The notes beneath the pieces were generated by a model. That model was not told where the DNA came from, did no database searches, and worked only from the letters and a program-made list of their open reading frames with translations. Below, piece after piece: positions 55,363 through 64,000 of a DNA stretch of 64,000 nucleotides; position 1 is the stretch's first letter; each line of letters begins with the position of its first letter. The position numbers and the translations under genes were made by a program. The DNA is from Acidobacteriota bacterium. Lineage in GTDB: Bacteria; Acidobacteriota; Aminicenantia; Aminicenantales; Saccharicenantaceae. Location: positions 163,904-227,903 of the forward strand of contig JAKQUO010000028.1 in assembly GCA_029569255.1 (NCBI GenBank). Reading direction: 5' to 3'.

Positions 55363-56753
55363 GATTCGGCAAGACCCTGGCCCTGCTGGCCGTCTTCGGC
55401 GCCCTCCTGGCCCTCGTCCTCTATTTCGACTCCCGGGGCGAGAAGAAGAGGACCGCCGAAGAGAGGACGAACACGCTCATCAGCCTCCCCCAGGCCGACA
55501 TCCGCAAGATCGGCCTCGACCGCGGCGGCGTCGTCCTGGCCTTCGAGCGCGAGGGCGAGGGGCCGTGGCGGCTGACCGCGCCGCTCCAGGCCGCCGCGGA
55601 CGATTACGAGACGAACGGCCTGGCCGGCGCGCTGGCCTCTCTCCGCATCGAGAGGGTGGTCGAGAAGGAGGGCGGGGACCCGGCCGCCTACGGGATACCG
55701 CAAACGACGGTCTCGATCTGGGTCAAGGACAAGGAGGCCCCGGTCCGCCTCCTCGTCGGCATGGAGAACCCACTCGACAAGACCCTCTTCGCCAAGCGCG
55801 AGGACGACCCGCGGATCGTCCTGCTGGCCTCGACGCTCAAGTCGACGCTCGAGAAGAGCGTCTTCGATTTCCGCGACAAGACCGTGTTCCGGTTCACGGC
55901 CGCCGACGTCCAGGCGGTCAAGGTCCGGGCCAAGGGCGTCGCCTGGGAGGCCGTCCGCGAGGCCCGGGGCTGGGCCCTCAAGTCCCCGGTGGCGGCCCTG
56001 GCGGCCAAGACCAAGGTCGACTCGCTCCTCGACTCGCTCTCGGGCCTGCGGGCCAAGGAGTTCGCGGCCGAGGAGAAGAGCGCGGGCATCCTGGCCGGGT
56101 TCGGCCTCGACAGGCCCGACTACGAGGTCAAGCTGTCCCTCCCGGCCCCGGGGCAGGAGATCGTCTTCGCCTTGCACAAGAAAGGCGAGACGCAGTACGC
56201 GACCTCGTCGCTGTCGACCAAGGTCGTCGCCTTCGAGGGCACGGTCCTCGCCGACCTCGACCGCAAGGTCGACGAGATGCGCGAGAGGAAGGTCGCCGAC
56301 TTCTACGCCTGGGACGCCAAGCGCGTGACGGTGAAGCGGGACGGGCAGGAGATCGTCGCCTCCAAGGAGAAGGTCGGGGAGGAGGAGAAATGGCTCCTCG
56401 ACCCGGACGCGAAGATCGAGGCCGCGAGGGCCAAGGTCGAGGACTTCGTCCGCAAGATCGAGGGCCTCGAGGCCGCCGCCTTCATCGACACTCCCGCGGC
56501 GCTGGCCGGCTACGGCCTGGCGCCGGGGATCGAGGTCCGCGTCCTGACCCGCGACTACCAGGACCGGGAAAAAGAGACCGTTCTCTTCGTCGGCAAGGAC
56601 GACCCGGAGAAGAAGCAGGTCGTCGTCAGGAGCGCCGGCCTGGAGTACCTGTTCCTCGTGGACGACGCCTTCCTCCGGGACCTGCCCAAGAACAAGGAGG
56701 ACTGGCGGCCGGCGCCGCCGGGAACTGAAGAAGGGAAGGCCGATAAGAACTAG
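55359..56753 (+). CDS. DUF4340-domain protein (GTG start, GTGA overlap)
   Basis: N-terminal anchor; usual fourth member of GldA/F/G-type clusters. Confidence 0.7.
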   Translation: MRFGKTLALLAVFGALLALVLYFDSRGEKKRTAEERTNTLISLPQADIRKIGLDRGGVVLAFEREGEGPWRLTAPLQAAADDYETNGLAGALASLRIERVVEKEGGDPAAYGIPQTTVSIWVKDKEAPVRLLVGMENPLDKTLFAKREDDPRIVLLASTLKSTLEKSVFDFRDKTVFRFTAADVQAVKVRAKGVAWEAVREARGWALKSPVAALAAKTKVDSLLDSLSGLRAKEFAAEEKSAGILAGFGLDRPDYEVKLSLPAPGQEIVFALHKKGETQYATSSLSTKVVAFEGTVLADLDRKVDEMRERKVADFYAWDAKRVTVKRDGQEIVASKEKVGEEEKWLLDPDAKIEAARAKVEDFVRKIEGLEAAAFIDTPAALAGYGLAPGIEVRVLTRDYQDREKETVLFVGKDDPEKKQVVVRSAGLEYLFLVDDAFLRDLPKNKEDWRPAPPGTEEGKADKN

Positions 56754-56814
56754 GTTCGCCTCCGCCCTCCCGGCCTGGTACGGCGTCGGCAGACGACGGT
56801 CCCGGCCGGCCGGG

Positions 56815-57993
56815 CTAGGCCAGTTCGAGCGCCTGATGCTTGGCCGCGATCGCCTCGGCCAGCCGGTCGACCGCCTCGAGGTCGGCCGCCTTCGGCAACC
56901 CCTTGCTGACGACCGGCGGCAGGTATTCGACCTTGAGGTTGGGCAAGGCGCCCTTGACCAGCTCGGGCATCTTCCCGGCCCAGCCGTAGGACCCGATGAC
57001 GGCCGCGAAGCGGGTCTTCGGCCTCAAGGCGTTGGCCAGGACGGCGGCGTTGAAGACCATGGGGTGGGGCCCGAAGTGGACGGTCGGCGTGGCCACGACG
57101 ATGGTCGCGGCGTCGACCATGGCCATGGCCAACTGGCCGATGTCGGCCGTGGCCATGTTGAAGGGGAAGACGCTCACGCCGCGCTGGACCAGGCCGTCGA
57201 CGAGGCGCCGGACCATGATCTCGGTCGAGCCGTGCATGGTGACCCAGGGGAGGACGACCGCGTTGTGGGGCCGGTCGCCTGTCCAGTCCCGGTAGGCCGC
57301 GACGATGGACGCCGGGTCGCGGATGACCGGGCCGTGGCTCGGGGCGATGAGGCGGATGTCGAGGCCCTCGATCTTGTCCAGGTTCTTCTGGACGATCTTG
57401 CGGAAGGGCATCATGATCTCGGCGTAATACCTCTTGGCCTCGGCCAGGATCGAGTCCACGCCGTCCACGAACAGGTCGGTCGCGGCGATGTGCGAGCCGA
57501 ACCAGTCGCAGCTGAAGAGGATCCGGTCCTCCTCGAGGTAGGTCGACATCGTCTCGGGCCAGTGGACCCAGGGGGTGTAGATGAAGCGGAGGGTCTTGCC
57601 GCCGAGGTCCAGCCTCTCCCCGTCCGCCGCGGCGCGGATCCGGGCCGGGTCGAGGCCGAGGTGGTCGGCCAGCATCGTCCTGGCCGGTTCGGAGCTCAGC
57701 AGCTGGGCCCGGGGAAAGCGCTCGAGGACCCAGGGGAGCCCGCCGGAGTGGTCCTGCTCGGTGTGGTTGGAAACGACGTAGTCCACGCGGGGGACGTCGC
57801 GGAGGTAGGCCTCGAGGACGGGGAGCGTCTTCGGGTCGACCGTGTCGATCAGGGCGACCTTGTCCCGGCCCCGGACGAGGAAGGCGTTGTAGCTCGTCCC
57901 GTCGGGGAGGGGGATGAGCGAGTCGAAGACCCGGCGGTCGAAGTCGGGCGCGCCGACGAAGTCGACGCCGGGGACGATCGGTCTGGGTTTCAT
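56815..57993 (-). CDS. Flavodiiron protein (FprA-type; metallo-beta-lactamase plus flavodoxin domains)
   Basis: HxExDHSGG di-iron motif (HTEQDHSGG) and C-terminal flavodoxin domain. Confidence 0.9.
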   Translation of the reverse strand: MKPRPIVPGVDFVGAPDFDRRVFDSLIPLPDGTSYNAFLVRGRDKVALIDTVDPKTLPVLEAYLRDVPRVDYVVSNHTEQDHSGGLPWVLERFPRAQLLSSEPARTMLADHLGLDPARIRAAADGERLDLGGKTLRFIYTPWVHWPETMSTYLEEDRILFSCDWFGSHIAATDLFVDGVDSILAEAKRYYAEIMMPFRKIVQKNLDKIEGLDIRLIAPSHGPVIRDPASIVAAYRDWTGDRPHNAVVLPWVTMHGSTEIMVRRLVDGLVQRGVSVFPFNMATADIGQLAMAMVDAATIVVATPTVHFGPHPMVFNAAVLANALRPKTRFAAVIGSYGWAGKMPELVKGALPNLKVEYLPPVVSKGLPKAADLEAVDRLAEAIAAKHQALELA

Positions 57994-58011
57994 GGTGTCT
58001 GTCTCCGGTGA

Positions 58012-58025
58012 GAAATGATCATTTC
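58012..58025. promoter_or_regulatory. Perfect 14-bp palindrome GAAATGATCATTTC between the -10 region (tataaaat) and the SD of the flavodiiron gene; candidate repressor operator
   Basis: Sequence reads the same on both strands; AT-rich island 20-33 nt upstream of ATG 57993. Confidence 0.5.
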
Positions 58026-58064
58026 CGAGTCATTTTATAGTATTTCAGCCGAAAAGGGAAGGCT

Positions 58065-58505
58065 TCAGGCGCCGGGAAACCTGCGCTTGGCGAAATAGAC
58101 GATCTCGGGGTGCTTCGTGTAGCCGAGCTTCCCGAAGACGGCCATGGAGACGGCGTTGCCGGCCTCGACGAGGCAGGCCAGGATGTCCATCCCCTGGGCC
58201 TCGAGCCAGGCCTCGGCGGCCCGGACCAGCCGGGCGCCCAGGCCCCGGCGGCGCAGCCTCTCCTCCACGGCCACGCGGTTGACCCAGCCCTTGCGGCCGT
58301 CGTGGGTGGCGACGACGGTGCCGACGACCCGGCCCCTCTTCCCTTCCTCGGCCACGAGGAACAGGACGTTCGGAAGCCCGATCTGCCTGCGGACGCTCTT
58401 CCGGCTGTCCCGGCCGCGGGGCTTCAGCGGCAGGCCTCCTTCGGCCCAGAGCTCCATGACCCGGTCGTAGTCGGCCGGGACGAACGGCCTGATCCTGACG
58501 CTCAT
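58065..58505 (-). CDS. GNAT family N-acetyltransferase
   Basis: Start MSVRIRPFVPADYDRV at 58505; acetyl-CoA motif RRRGLGARLV. Confidence 0.8.
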   Translation of the reverse strand: MSVRIRPFVPADYDRVMELWAEGGLPLKPRGRDSRKSVRRQIGLPNVLFLVAEEGKRGRVVGTVVATHDGRKGWVNRVAVEERLRRRGLGARLVRAAEAWLEAQGMDILACLVEAGNAVSMAVFGKLGYTKHPEIVYFAKRRFPGA

Positions 58506-58591
58506 GCCCCTGTTCGCTCCGGGCATCGGCCCTCCCTCCCCGTCCGCCGTCCTTCGTCCGTCCCGGCGGCCGCCGCGCCGGCCGGACAGAC

Positions 58592-59188
58592 TCAGCGGAC
58601 GAACAGCGCGAATGATCCGACGGCCGCCGCAGCCGCCGCCAGGCCCGTCGGCGCGGCCGCCGCCCAGGACTTGTTGTGGACGGACCGGGCGGCGGCGACG
58701 AACCCCCAGGCCGCCCAGGCCGCCGCGGCGGCGTAGGCGCCGAGATAGAGCGTCTGCCAGAGGCCCGGCTCCGACAGGATGTCCACCCACTCCCGCTGGC
58801 CCATGCCCAGGGCCGCGAAGAGCGCTTCGACGGCCGAGGGGGCCCAGGCCAGAAGGAGGGGCCGGCCCCAGGCCCGCGAGGCCTTGACCAGGACGTCGCT
58901 CCGGCGGCAGCCCCTCGCCCCCAGGGCCAGGAGGGCCCCCGAGCTCAGGGCCCAGACGGCCAGGACGAGCGGCAGGATGAAAAGGATCTGATAGAAATAG
59001 TAGTTGTCCGCGTCGATCCCGCCGACGACCGGAGCGAGCGGCACGGCCCCGGCCAGGGCCAGGACGAACGAGGTCAGGGCGTAGGCGAGCGAGACCAGGC
59101 CGAGCGACAGGACGGCCCGGCGCATCGGGCGCCGCTTCCGGGACGCGCGCAGCCGGGCTTTGAGCGCCCGGAGAAGGGGGTCTTTCAT
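58592..59188 (-). CDS. Hypothetical membrane protein (Yip1-like topology)
   Basis: 5 hydrophobic segments; basic N-terminus. Confidence 0.6.
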   Translation of the reverse strand: MKDPLLRALKARLRASRKRRPMRRAVLSLGLVSLAYALTSFVLALAGAVPLAPVVGGIDADNYYFYQILFILPLVLAVWALSSGALLALGARGCRRSDVLVKASRAWGRPLLLAWAPSAVEALFAALGMGQREWVDILSEPGLWQTLYLGAYAAAAAWAAWGFVAAARSVHNKSWAAAAPTGLAAAAAAVGSFALFVR

Positions 59189-59198
59189 CGGGCCTCTC

Positions 59199-60716
59199 TC
59201 AGGTCGCCAGGAGATGCTTGCCGGCGAAGCCGGGGTCGGTCGTCAGGTTGATGCCGAACCGCCTCAGCCCCGATTCGTCGCCCGGCGTCGGGATGTGGGT
59301 GATGTGGACCTCGCACCCCTGGATCTCCTTCATCTTCTCCAGGGCCAGGGAGGCCATGGGGTTGGCGGCCGCGTTGATGCTCAGGCAGATCAGGACCTCG
59401 GACAGGTCCAGGCTGACCGATTTGGCGCCGAACACCGTGGTCTTGAGGGCGCCGACCGACTCGACGATCGAGGGCGAGAGGAGCGGGATCCTGTCCGGGA
59501 TCTCGGCCAGCCGCTTGACGGCGTTGAGGACCAGGGCCGAGGCGGCGTGCATGAGCGGCGAGTTCTTGCCCGTGACGATCGTCCCGTCGCGGAGCTCCAG
59601 GGCCGCGCCGACGAAGACGCCCTTGTTCCCCCGGCCCGACGCCTCGGCCTCGGCCGCCGCCCGCCGGGCCGCGCCGACGACGGGGCGGTCCTCCGGCGCG
59701 ACCCCGAGCTCCCTCATCAGCAGCTCGGCGCGCTGGACGGTCTCCTTCTCGACGAAGCCCAGCGTGTACTCGCAGGAGTAGCGGAAGTAGCGCCGGATGA
59801 GCTCCTGCCTGGCCGCCGCCTGCACGACGGCGTCGTCGACGACGCCCGCCGAGACGGCGTTGCAGCCCATGTCGGTCGGCGACCTGTAGAAGGACGGACG
59901 GCCGGTGATCCTCTCGATGATCCGCTGGAGGACCGGGAAGACCTCGACGTCGCGGTTGTAGTTGACCGCGGCCTTCCCGTAGGCCTCGAGATGGAACGGG
60001 TCGACGAGGTTGAAGTCGCAGAGGTCGGCCGTGGCCGCCTCGTAGGCGACGTTGACCGGGTGCTTGAGGGGCAGGTCCCAGACCGGGAAGGTCTCGAACT
60101 TGGCGTAGCCCGAGGCCAGTCCGCGGCGGTATTCGTGGTAGAGCTGGGACAGGCAGGTGGCCAGCTTGCCGCTGCCCGGGCCCGGCCCGGTGACGATGAC
60201 GAGCGGGCGCCCGGTCTCGATGTAGTCGTTGGCCCCGTAGCCCTCGTCGCTGACGATGAGGTCGACGTCGGTCGGATACCCCTTGGTGAAGCGGTGGGTG
60301 TGGACGCGGATGCCCTGCCGCTCGAGCTTGTTCTTGAAGACGCGGGCGGCCGGCTGATTGTCGAAGCGGGTGATGACCACGGCCCGGACCGGGACGTCCC
60401 ACTCGCGCAGGTCGTCGATGAGCTTCATGGCGTCGACGTCGTAGGTGTGGCCGAAGTCGGCCCGCATCTTCCTGCGCTCGATGTCGCCGGCGTAGATGCA
60501 GAGGAGGACGTCGGCCTGGCCGCGGAGCTCCCGGAGGAGCTTCATCTTGACGTTGGGGTCGTAGCCGGGCAGGACCCGGGCGGCGTGGTAGTCGAAGAAG
60601 AGCTTGCCGCCGAACTCGAGGTAGAGCCGGCCGCCGAAGCGCTCCATCCGTTCGAGGATGGCCTTCTTCTGTTCCTCGAGGTAGCGGGCGTTGTCGAAGC
60701 CGATGGCGTGGTCCAT
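59199..60716 (-). CDS. DUF1846 (UPF0371) family protein
   Basis: Start MDHAIGFDNARYLEEQKK at 60716; the larger ORF in the track is a read-through into the next gene's reverse frame. Confidence 0.8.
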   Translation of the reverse strand: MDHAIGFDNARYLEEQKKAILERMERFGGRLYLEFGGKLFFDYHAARVLPGYDPNVKMKLLRELRGQADVLLCIYAGDIERRKMRADFGHTYDVDAMKLIDDLREWDVPVRAVVITRFDNQPAARVFKNKLERQGIRVHTHRFTKGYPTDVDLIVSDEGYGANDYIETGRPLVIVTGPGPGSGKLATCLSQLYHEYRRGLASGYAKFETFPVWDLPLKHPVNVAYEAATADLCDFNLVDPFHLEAYGKAAVNYNRDVEVFPVLQRIIERITGRPSFYRSPTDMGCNAVSAGVVDDAVVQAAARQELIRRYFRYSCEYTLGFVEKETVQRAELLMRELGVAPEDRPVVGAARRAAAEAEASGRGNKGVFVGAALELRDGTIVTGKNSPLMHAASALVLNAVKRLAEIPDRIPLLSPSIVESVGALKTTVFGAKSVSLDLSEVLICLSINAAANPMASLALEKMKEIQGCEVHITHIPTPGDESGLRRFGINLTTDPGFAGKHLLAT

Positions 60717-60721
60717 GGGAG

Positions 60722-63700
60722 CTAGCGCCTTTCGACGAGGAAGTCCTGGAACAGGCCGTAGCCGACGGAGCTGTATTCCGCGCCGGGGGGCCGCCCCCCT
60801 CCGGCGCCCGTCTGGAACGCGCCCGGCCAGGCCCGGCCGAGGGGCGGGGCGTTGTGGAAGGGGCCGAGCGTGTTGCGCAGGGTCCCGTAGACGACGACGG
60901 AGACCTCGTTCGCCCCCGGGGCGAGGGCGCCCGTCAGGTCGACCTCGTACGGGGGGAACGCGGCCGTGCCGACGCGCCTCCCGCCGACGAAGACCTCGGC
61001 CGTGGCCCCGAGCCAGGGGCCGAGGCGGAGGCGGTAGGACGCGCCGGCGTCGGCGGGCAGGTCGAAGGTCCGCCGATAGCGGACCCCGGCCCCGTAGAAC
61101 GGCCAGCCCTGGTCCTTCCACGGCCCCGCTCCGAGCGGCGCCGGCGGATGGAGCTCGAAGCCCCGGTCCGCGCCGCGGAGCCGGAAATCGCCCAGGAGGT
61201 AGACCGGCTCGAGCTCGGCCTGGACCGAGAACGGCCGGGCCCTGACCGTCAGGGTGTTCCGGCCGGAGACGACGTGGGCGCCGATGGAGTAGACGCCGAA
61301 GGCCCGGTCGAGCCACCATCCGCCCGGCGCCGGGGCGACCTCGCGGCCGTTGACGGAGACCTTGAAGAGGCCGGGCCGCTCGACGACGGCCTCGAGGTCG
61401 GCGAAGTCGCGCGCGTCGCCCTTGACCGTCCGGAAGGCGAAAACGGCCTCGAAGCCCGAATCGGCCGGGAACGTGTCGAGGTCGACGATGTCCGTCTTGA
61501 ACTGGACGGCGCCGTCCCAGGGGTTCCGGTCGAAGCCGTGGGCCTGGAAGGCCTTGCGCTGGGCGTCGTAGAAATAGAGGTCCCTCTCGGTCCGGCCCTT
61601 GAGGACGAGGTCGCAGTAGTCGAGGGTCAGGACGTTCGGCCCGAGGGGCTCGACGGACAGGCCCCCCGCCGGGGCGACGGGCCGCCAGGCCGCGGCCGGG
61701 GCGGCGTCGACCGGCTTCGCGCGCACGTCCCGGATGCACAGGAGCAGGCTCCCGGCCGGCGGCAGCGCGAAGGCGGCCTCGACCGAGCCGCCGCGTCGGA
61801 CGAAGGGATAGGGCTCGGCCTTCCCCGTGAACGGGTCCCACCGCTCGACCGAGCCGCCGGCGAGGGTCATCGTCCCGGCGGCCGTTTCGTCGGCGGCGGC
61901 GTTGGCCAGGAAGACGATCCGGCCGCCGTCGAACTCGCGGCGCTGGTGGAAGAGCCGGTCCCGGCCGGAGGCGACGTCGAAAACCACGGCCGGCGGGCTG
62001 AACATCCGGACCTTGTCGAAGCCGCTGCCGGGCCCCGAGTTGAGCCAGCGGTCGCCGAAGGAGTCCTGGAGCTGGCGCAGGTCCTCGGTCGGGAGGCCGT
62101 TGATGTAGTCGGGCGGCGCGACCCAGGAGACGATCTTCCCGTCGCGGATGAGGTAGTCCCGGACGAGGTCGGCGGTCGCGTCCTCGAGGTTCCGCAGGCC
62201 GGGCGGCAGGATGACCAGGTCGTAGGACCGGGCGCCGACCTTGAGGCTGGCGTGGCCCGTCGCCCCGAAGGCCTGGAGCGTCTTCTCGCTGACGAGGTCG
62301 TACTCGATCTGCTCGGCCTCGAGGAGGTGGATGAAAGCCTGGAAGTCCCGGCCGACCGTTCGGAAGTCCTCCGATTCCGCGGCCGGCGAATAGAGCATCC
62401 AGGCCGTGGTCGTCGGCTCGATGACCAGGACCCTGTTCAGCTGCCGGCCCAGGCTCATGGCCGCGGACAGCCGCCCGAAATAGTCGGCCAGGGTGTTGTA
62501 GTGCGGCCACCAGGGCTGGTGGTCCGAGAACGACGGGGGATGGTCGCGCTTGCGGGCGCCCTTGACCGTGGCGTAGGACAGGTGCTGGTTGAGGAAGTTC
62601 GCGCCCAGGGCGTACTCCCAGTCGCCGATGCGCTTCTGGTCGGCGAAGGTCAGGTCCCAGCCGCTGGCGCCGTAGGTCTCCGACAGGGTCCGCTCCCGCC
62701 CCTGCTGGTTCGCGGCGCTGCGGACCTCGCGGACGGCCCGGGCGTTGCCGAACTGGGCGTCCGTCGCGGCGGACCATTCGTTCATCAGGATGTCGACGCC
62801 GGGCATGTGGGCGAAGGCGGCCATGGCCAGGTTGTCCGGGGAGACACGCGGACGGGGCCACTCGTGCTCCCAGTAATGCCCGGTGAAGACGAGGCCGTTC
62901 TCCGTGGCGTAGGCGTAATAGGGCTTGGCCCAGTTCTCGAGGAACAGGTCGAGGAGGACGGCGTAGAAGTCGTGCCGGACGCGCCTCCAGGCCCCCGTCT
63001 CCTCGAAGAGCGAGACGAGGTTCGGGCGCAGGTCATAGCCCCAGCGGCCCCGGAAGGCCTGGAAGAGGGCGGGCGTGTAGTTCACGGCGTCGCGGCCGCC
63101 GGCCGGGCCGATCTCGGCCTCGTCCTGGAAGACGCCGGGAACGGTCCGGCCGAACTCGGCGCCGATCACCCGCTTGTAGCCGTTGAGGGTCAGGTCGAGG
63201 AACTTCTCGGTGACGTCCTTGCGCAGGGGATCGGCGTAGGCGAAGCCGCCGTGCCGCGGCGACGGGGGCTGGCGGACGACGTCGAAGACGTAATAGGCGG
63301 AGGCGTCGCCGCCGGCCGGCAGGGCCCTGCCGGTGACGTCCTCCAGCCCGGCCAGGGTCCGGCGCAGGACGGCGAGCGGCGCGGGCTCGAGGGCGGCCGC
63401 CGGCGGGGGCCCCTGGAAGGTCCTCATCCTCAGCCCGGAGCGGACGGCGTCGGGCATGGACGCGGGGACGTGGCCGCCGGCGAACCCGGAGGGATAGAAG
63501 TTCTCGTCGCAGAGCCAGATCTTCAATCCGAGCTCCTTGCCCGCCTCGACGGCGTAGGCGCAGAGCGAGAACCATTCGTCCGAGAGATAGGGGGTGACGA
63601 GGCCGGGGCGAGGATGGATGAAGGCGCCGCCGATCCCCCGGGCCTTGAACTCCCCGAGCTGGCGACGGATCTCCTCGCGGGTCATGTCGTCGTTCCAGGC

Positions 63701-63865
63701 CCAGAGCGGCGCGCTCCGGTAGGCCGCGGGCGGGTCGGCGAAAGCCGCCCGGAGGGTCTCGTAGGACGGGCCGGCGGGCCTCTTGGCGCAGGCCGCCGCG
63801 GCGGCCGTGACGGCCAAGACGAGGCTCATCGCGAACAGGGCCGGACAGCGACGTTTCGTCATCAT
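60722..63865 (-). CDS. Large glycoside-hydrolase-family lipoprotein (1047 aa); family unassigned, C-terminal GH2-type sugar-binding-like domain
   Basis: Lipoprotein signal MMTKRRCPALFAMSLVLAVTAAAAAC; TIM-barrel-like N-terminal region (LWAWNDD..), C-terminal VSVNGREV...PYEVDLTGAL. Confidence 0.7.
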   Translation of the reverse strand: MMTKRRCPALFAMSLVLAVTAAAAACAKRPAGPSYETLRAAFADPPAAYRSAPLWAWNDDMTREEIRRQLGEFKARGIGGAFIHPRPGLVTPYLSDEWFSLCAYAVEAGKELGLKIWLCDENFYPSGFAGGHVPASMPDAVRSGLRMRTFQGPPPAAALEPAPLAVLRRTLAGLEDVTGRALPAGGDASAYYVFDVVRQPPSPRHGGFAYADPLRKDVTEKFLDLTLNGYKRVIGAEFGRTVPGVFQDEAEIGPAGGRDAVNYTPALFQAFRGRWGYDLRPNLVSLFEETGAWRRVRHDFYAVLLDLFLENWAKPYYAYATENGLVFTGHYWEHEWPRPRVSPDNLAMAAFAHMPGVDILMNEWSAATDAQFGNARAVREVRSAANQQGRERTLSETYGASGWDLTFADQKRIGDWEYALGANFLNQHLSYATVKGARKRDHPPSFSDHQPWWPHYNTLADYFGRLSAAMSLGRQLNRVLVIEPTTTAWMLYSPAAESEDFRTVGRDFQAFIHLLEAEQIEYDLVSEKTLQAFGATGHASLKVGARSYDLVILPPGLRNLEDATADLVRDYLIRDGKIVSWVAPPDYINGLPTEDLRQLQDSFGDRWLNSGPGSGFDKVRMFSPPAVVFDVASGRDRLFHQRREFDGGRIVFLANAAADETAAGTMTLAGGSVERWDPFTGKAEPYPFVRRGGSVEAAFALPPAGSLLLCIRDVRAKPVDAAPAAAWRPVAPAGGLSVEPLGPNVLTLDYCDLVLKGRTERDLYFYDAQRKAFQAHGFDRNPWDGAVQFKTDIVDLDTFPADSGFEAVFAFRTVKGDARDFADLEAVVERPGLFKVSVNGREVAPAPGGWWLDRAFGVYSIGAHVVSGRNTLTVRARPFSVQAELEPVYLLGDFRLRGADRGFELHPPAPLGAGPWKDQGWPFYGAGVRYRRTFDLPADAGASYRLRLGPWLGATAEVFVGGRRVGTAAFPPYEVDLTGALAPGANEVSVVVYGTLRNTLGPFHNAPPLGRAWPGAFQTGAGGGRPPGAEYSSVGYGLFQDFLVERR

Positions 63866-64000
63866 GGCTCTGGCCTTTCGCTCTCTGCCGGGAATCGCGG
63901 GACGCCGCGAAGAGCGTCGGGGACGGAGAACATCTTCGACAAATCTAGGGGAACGGGGCCCCAAAGTCAAGGCGGGGAAGCGGTCCCGCGCCCAGAAGAG

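Noticed and set aside
56801-56814. GC palindrome cccggccggccggg abutting the flavodiiron stop, and similar cccggccggccgccggccggg at 16283-16303
   Set aside because: Short all-GC palindromes are expected by chance at 70% GC; could contribute to termination but no specific function can be argued.

Overview
This is a 64 kb window of high-GC (about 70%) bacterial chromosome. It is gene-dense core genome with no rRNA, tRNA, CRISPR array, transposase or integrase visible, and about 60 protein genes are recognisable by sight.

Ordered landmarks:
- an RHH-like small protein and a membrane protein, a class I/II aminotransferase, an Skp/OmpH chaperone, a secreted six-hairpin glycosidase-like protein, a membrane metallophosphoesterase, a nitroreductase and an M24 peptidase;
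- a lipoprotein convergent with a four-gene ABC-2 operon (two ATPases, two permeases);
- a Tat-exported D-aminoacylase coupled to an M23 peptidase;
- rpsO-pnp followed by three GspG-like pseudopilin genes;
- pcm and proS;
- a cluster of PilZ-domain genes around an aspartate-less LuxR/CsgD-type regulator, then coaE;
- IHF/HU divergent from an NfeD-stomatin-SPOR operon;
- prfB carrying the programmed +1 frameshift, a DUF1844 gene, ribF, pyrC, rnc;
- an AI-2E transporter;
- a DUF362 / Tat-signal radical-SAM (AmrS-like) / fused MFS-spermidine-synthase-like cluster;
- a TonB-like gene, a secreted hypothetical and a fourth PilZ gene;
- one six-gene operon gcvT-gcvH-gcvPA-gcvPB-glyQ-glyS, divergent from argS;
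- a GldA/GldF/GldG-like ABC cluster with a DUF4340 gene;
- a flavodiiron protein with a perfect palindromic operator, a GNAT gene, a DUF1846 gene and a 1047-aa glycoside-hydrolase lipoprotein.

Many sigma70-like promoters (TTGACA-N17-TATAAT variants) are directly readable. Several of them end 3-7 nt before the start codon, so the organism probably uses leaderless or near-leaderless mRNAs.

The most unusual content:
- a candidate c-di-GMP module (PilZ genes plus a VpsT/CsgD-like regulator);
- the Tat-signal radical SAM cluster;
- the gcv-glyQS super-operon;
- an orphan pseudopilin trio.
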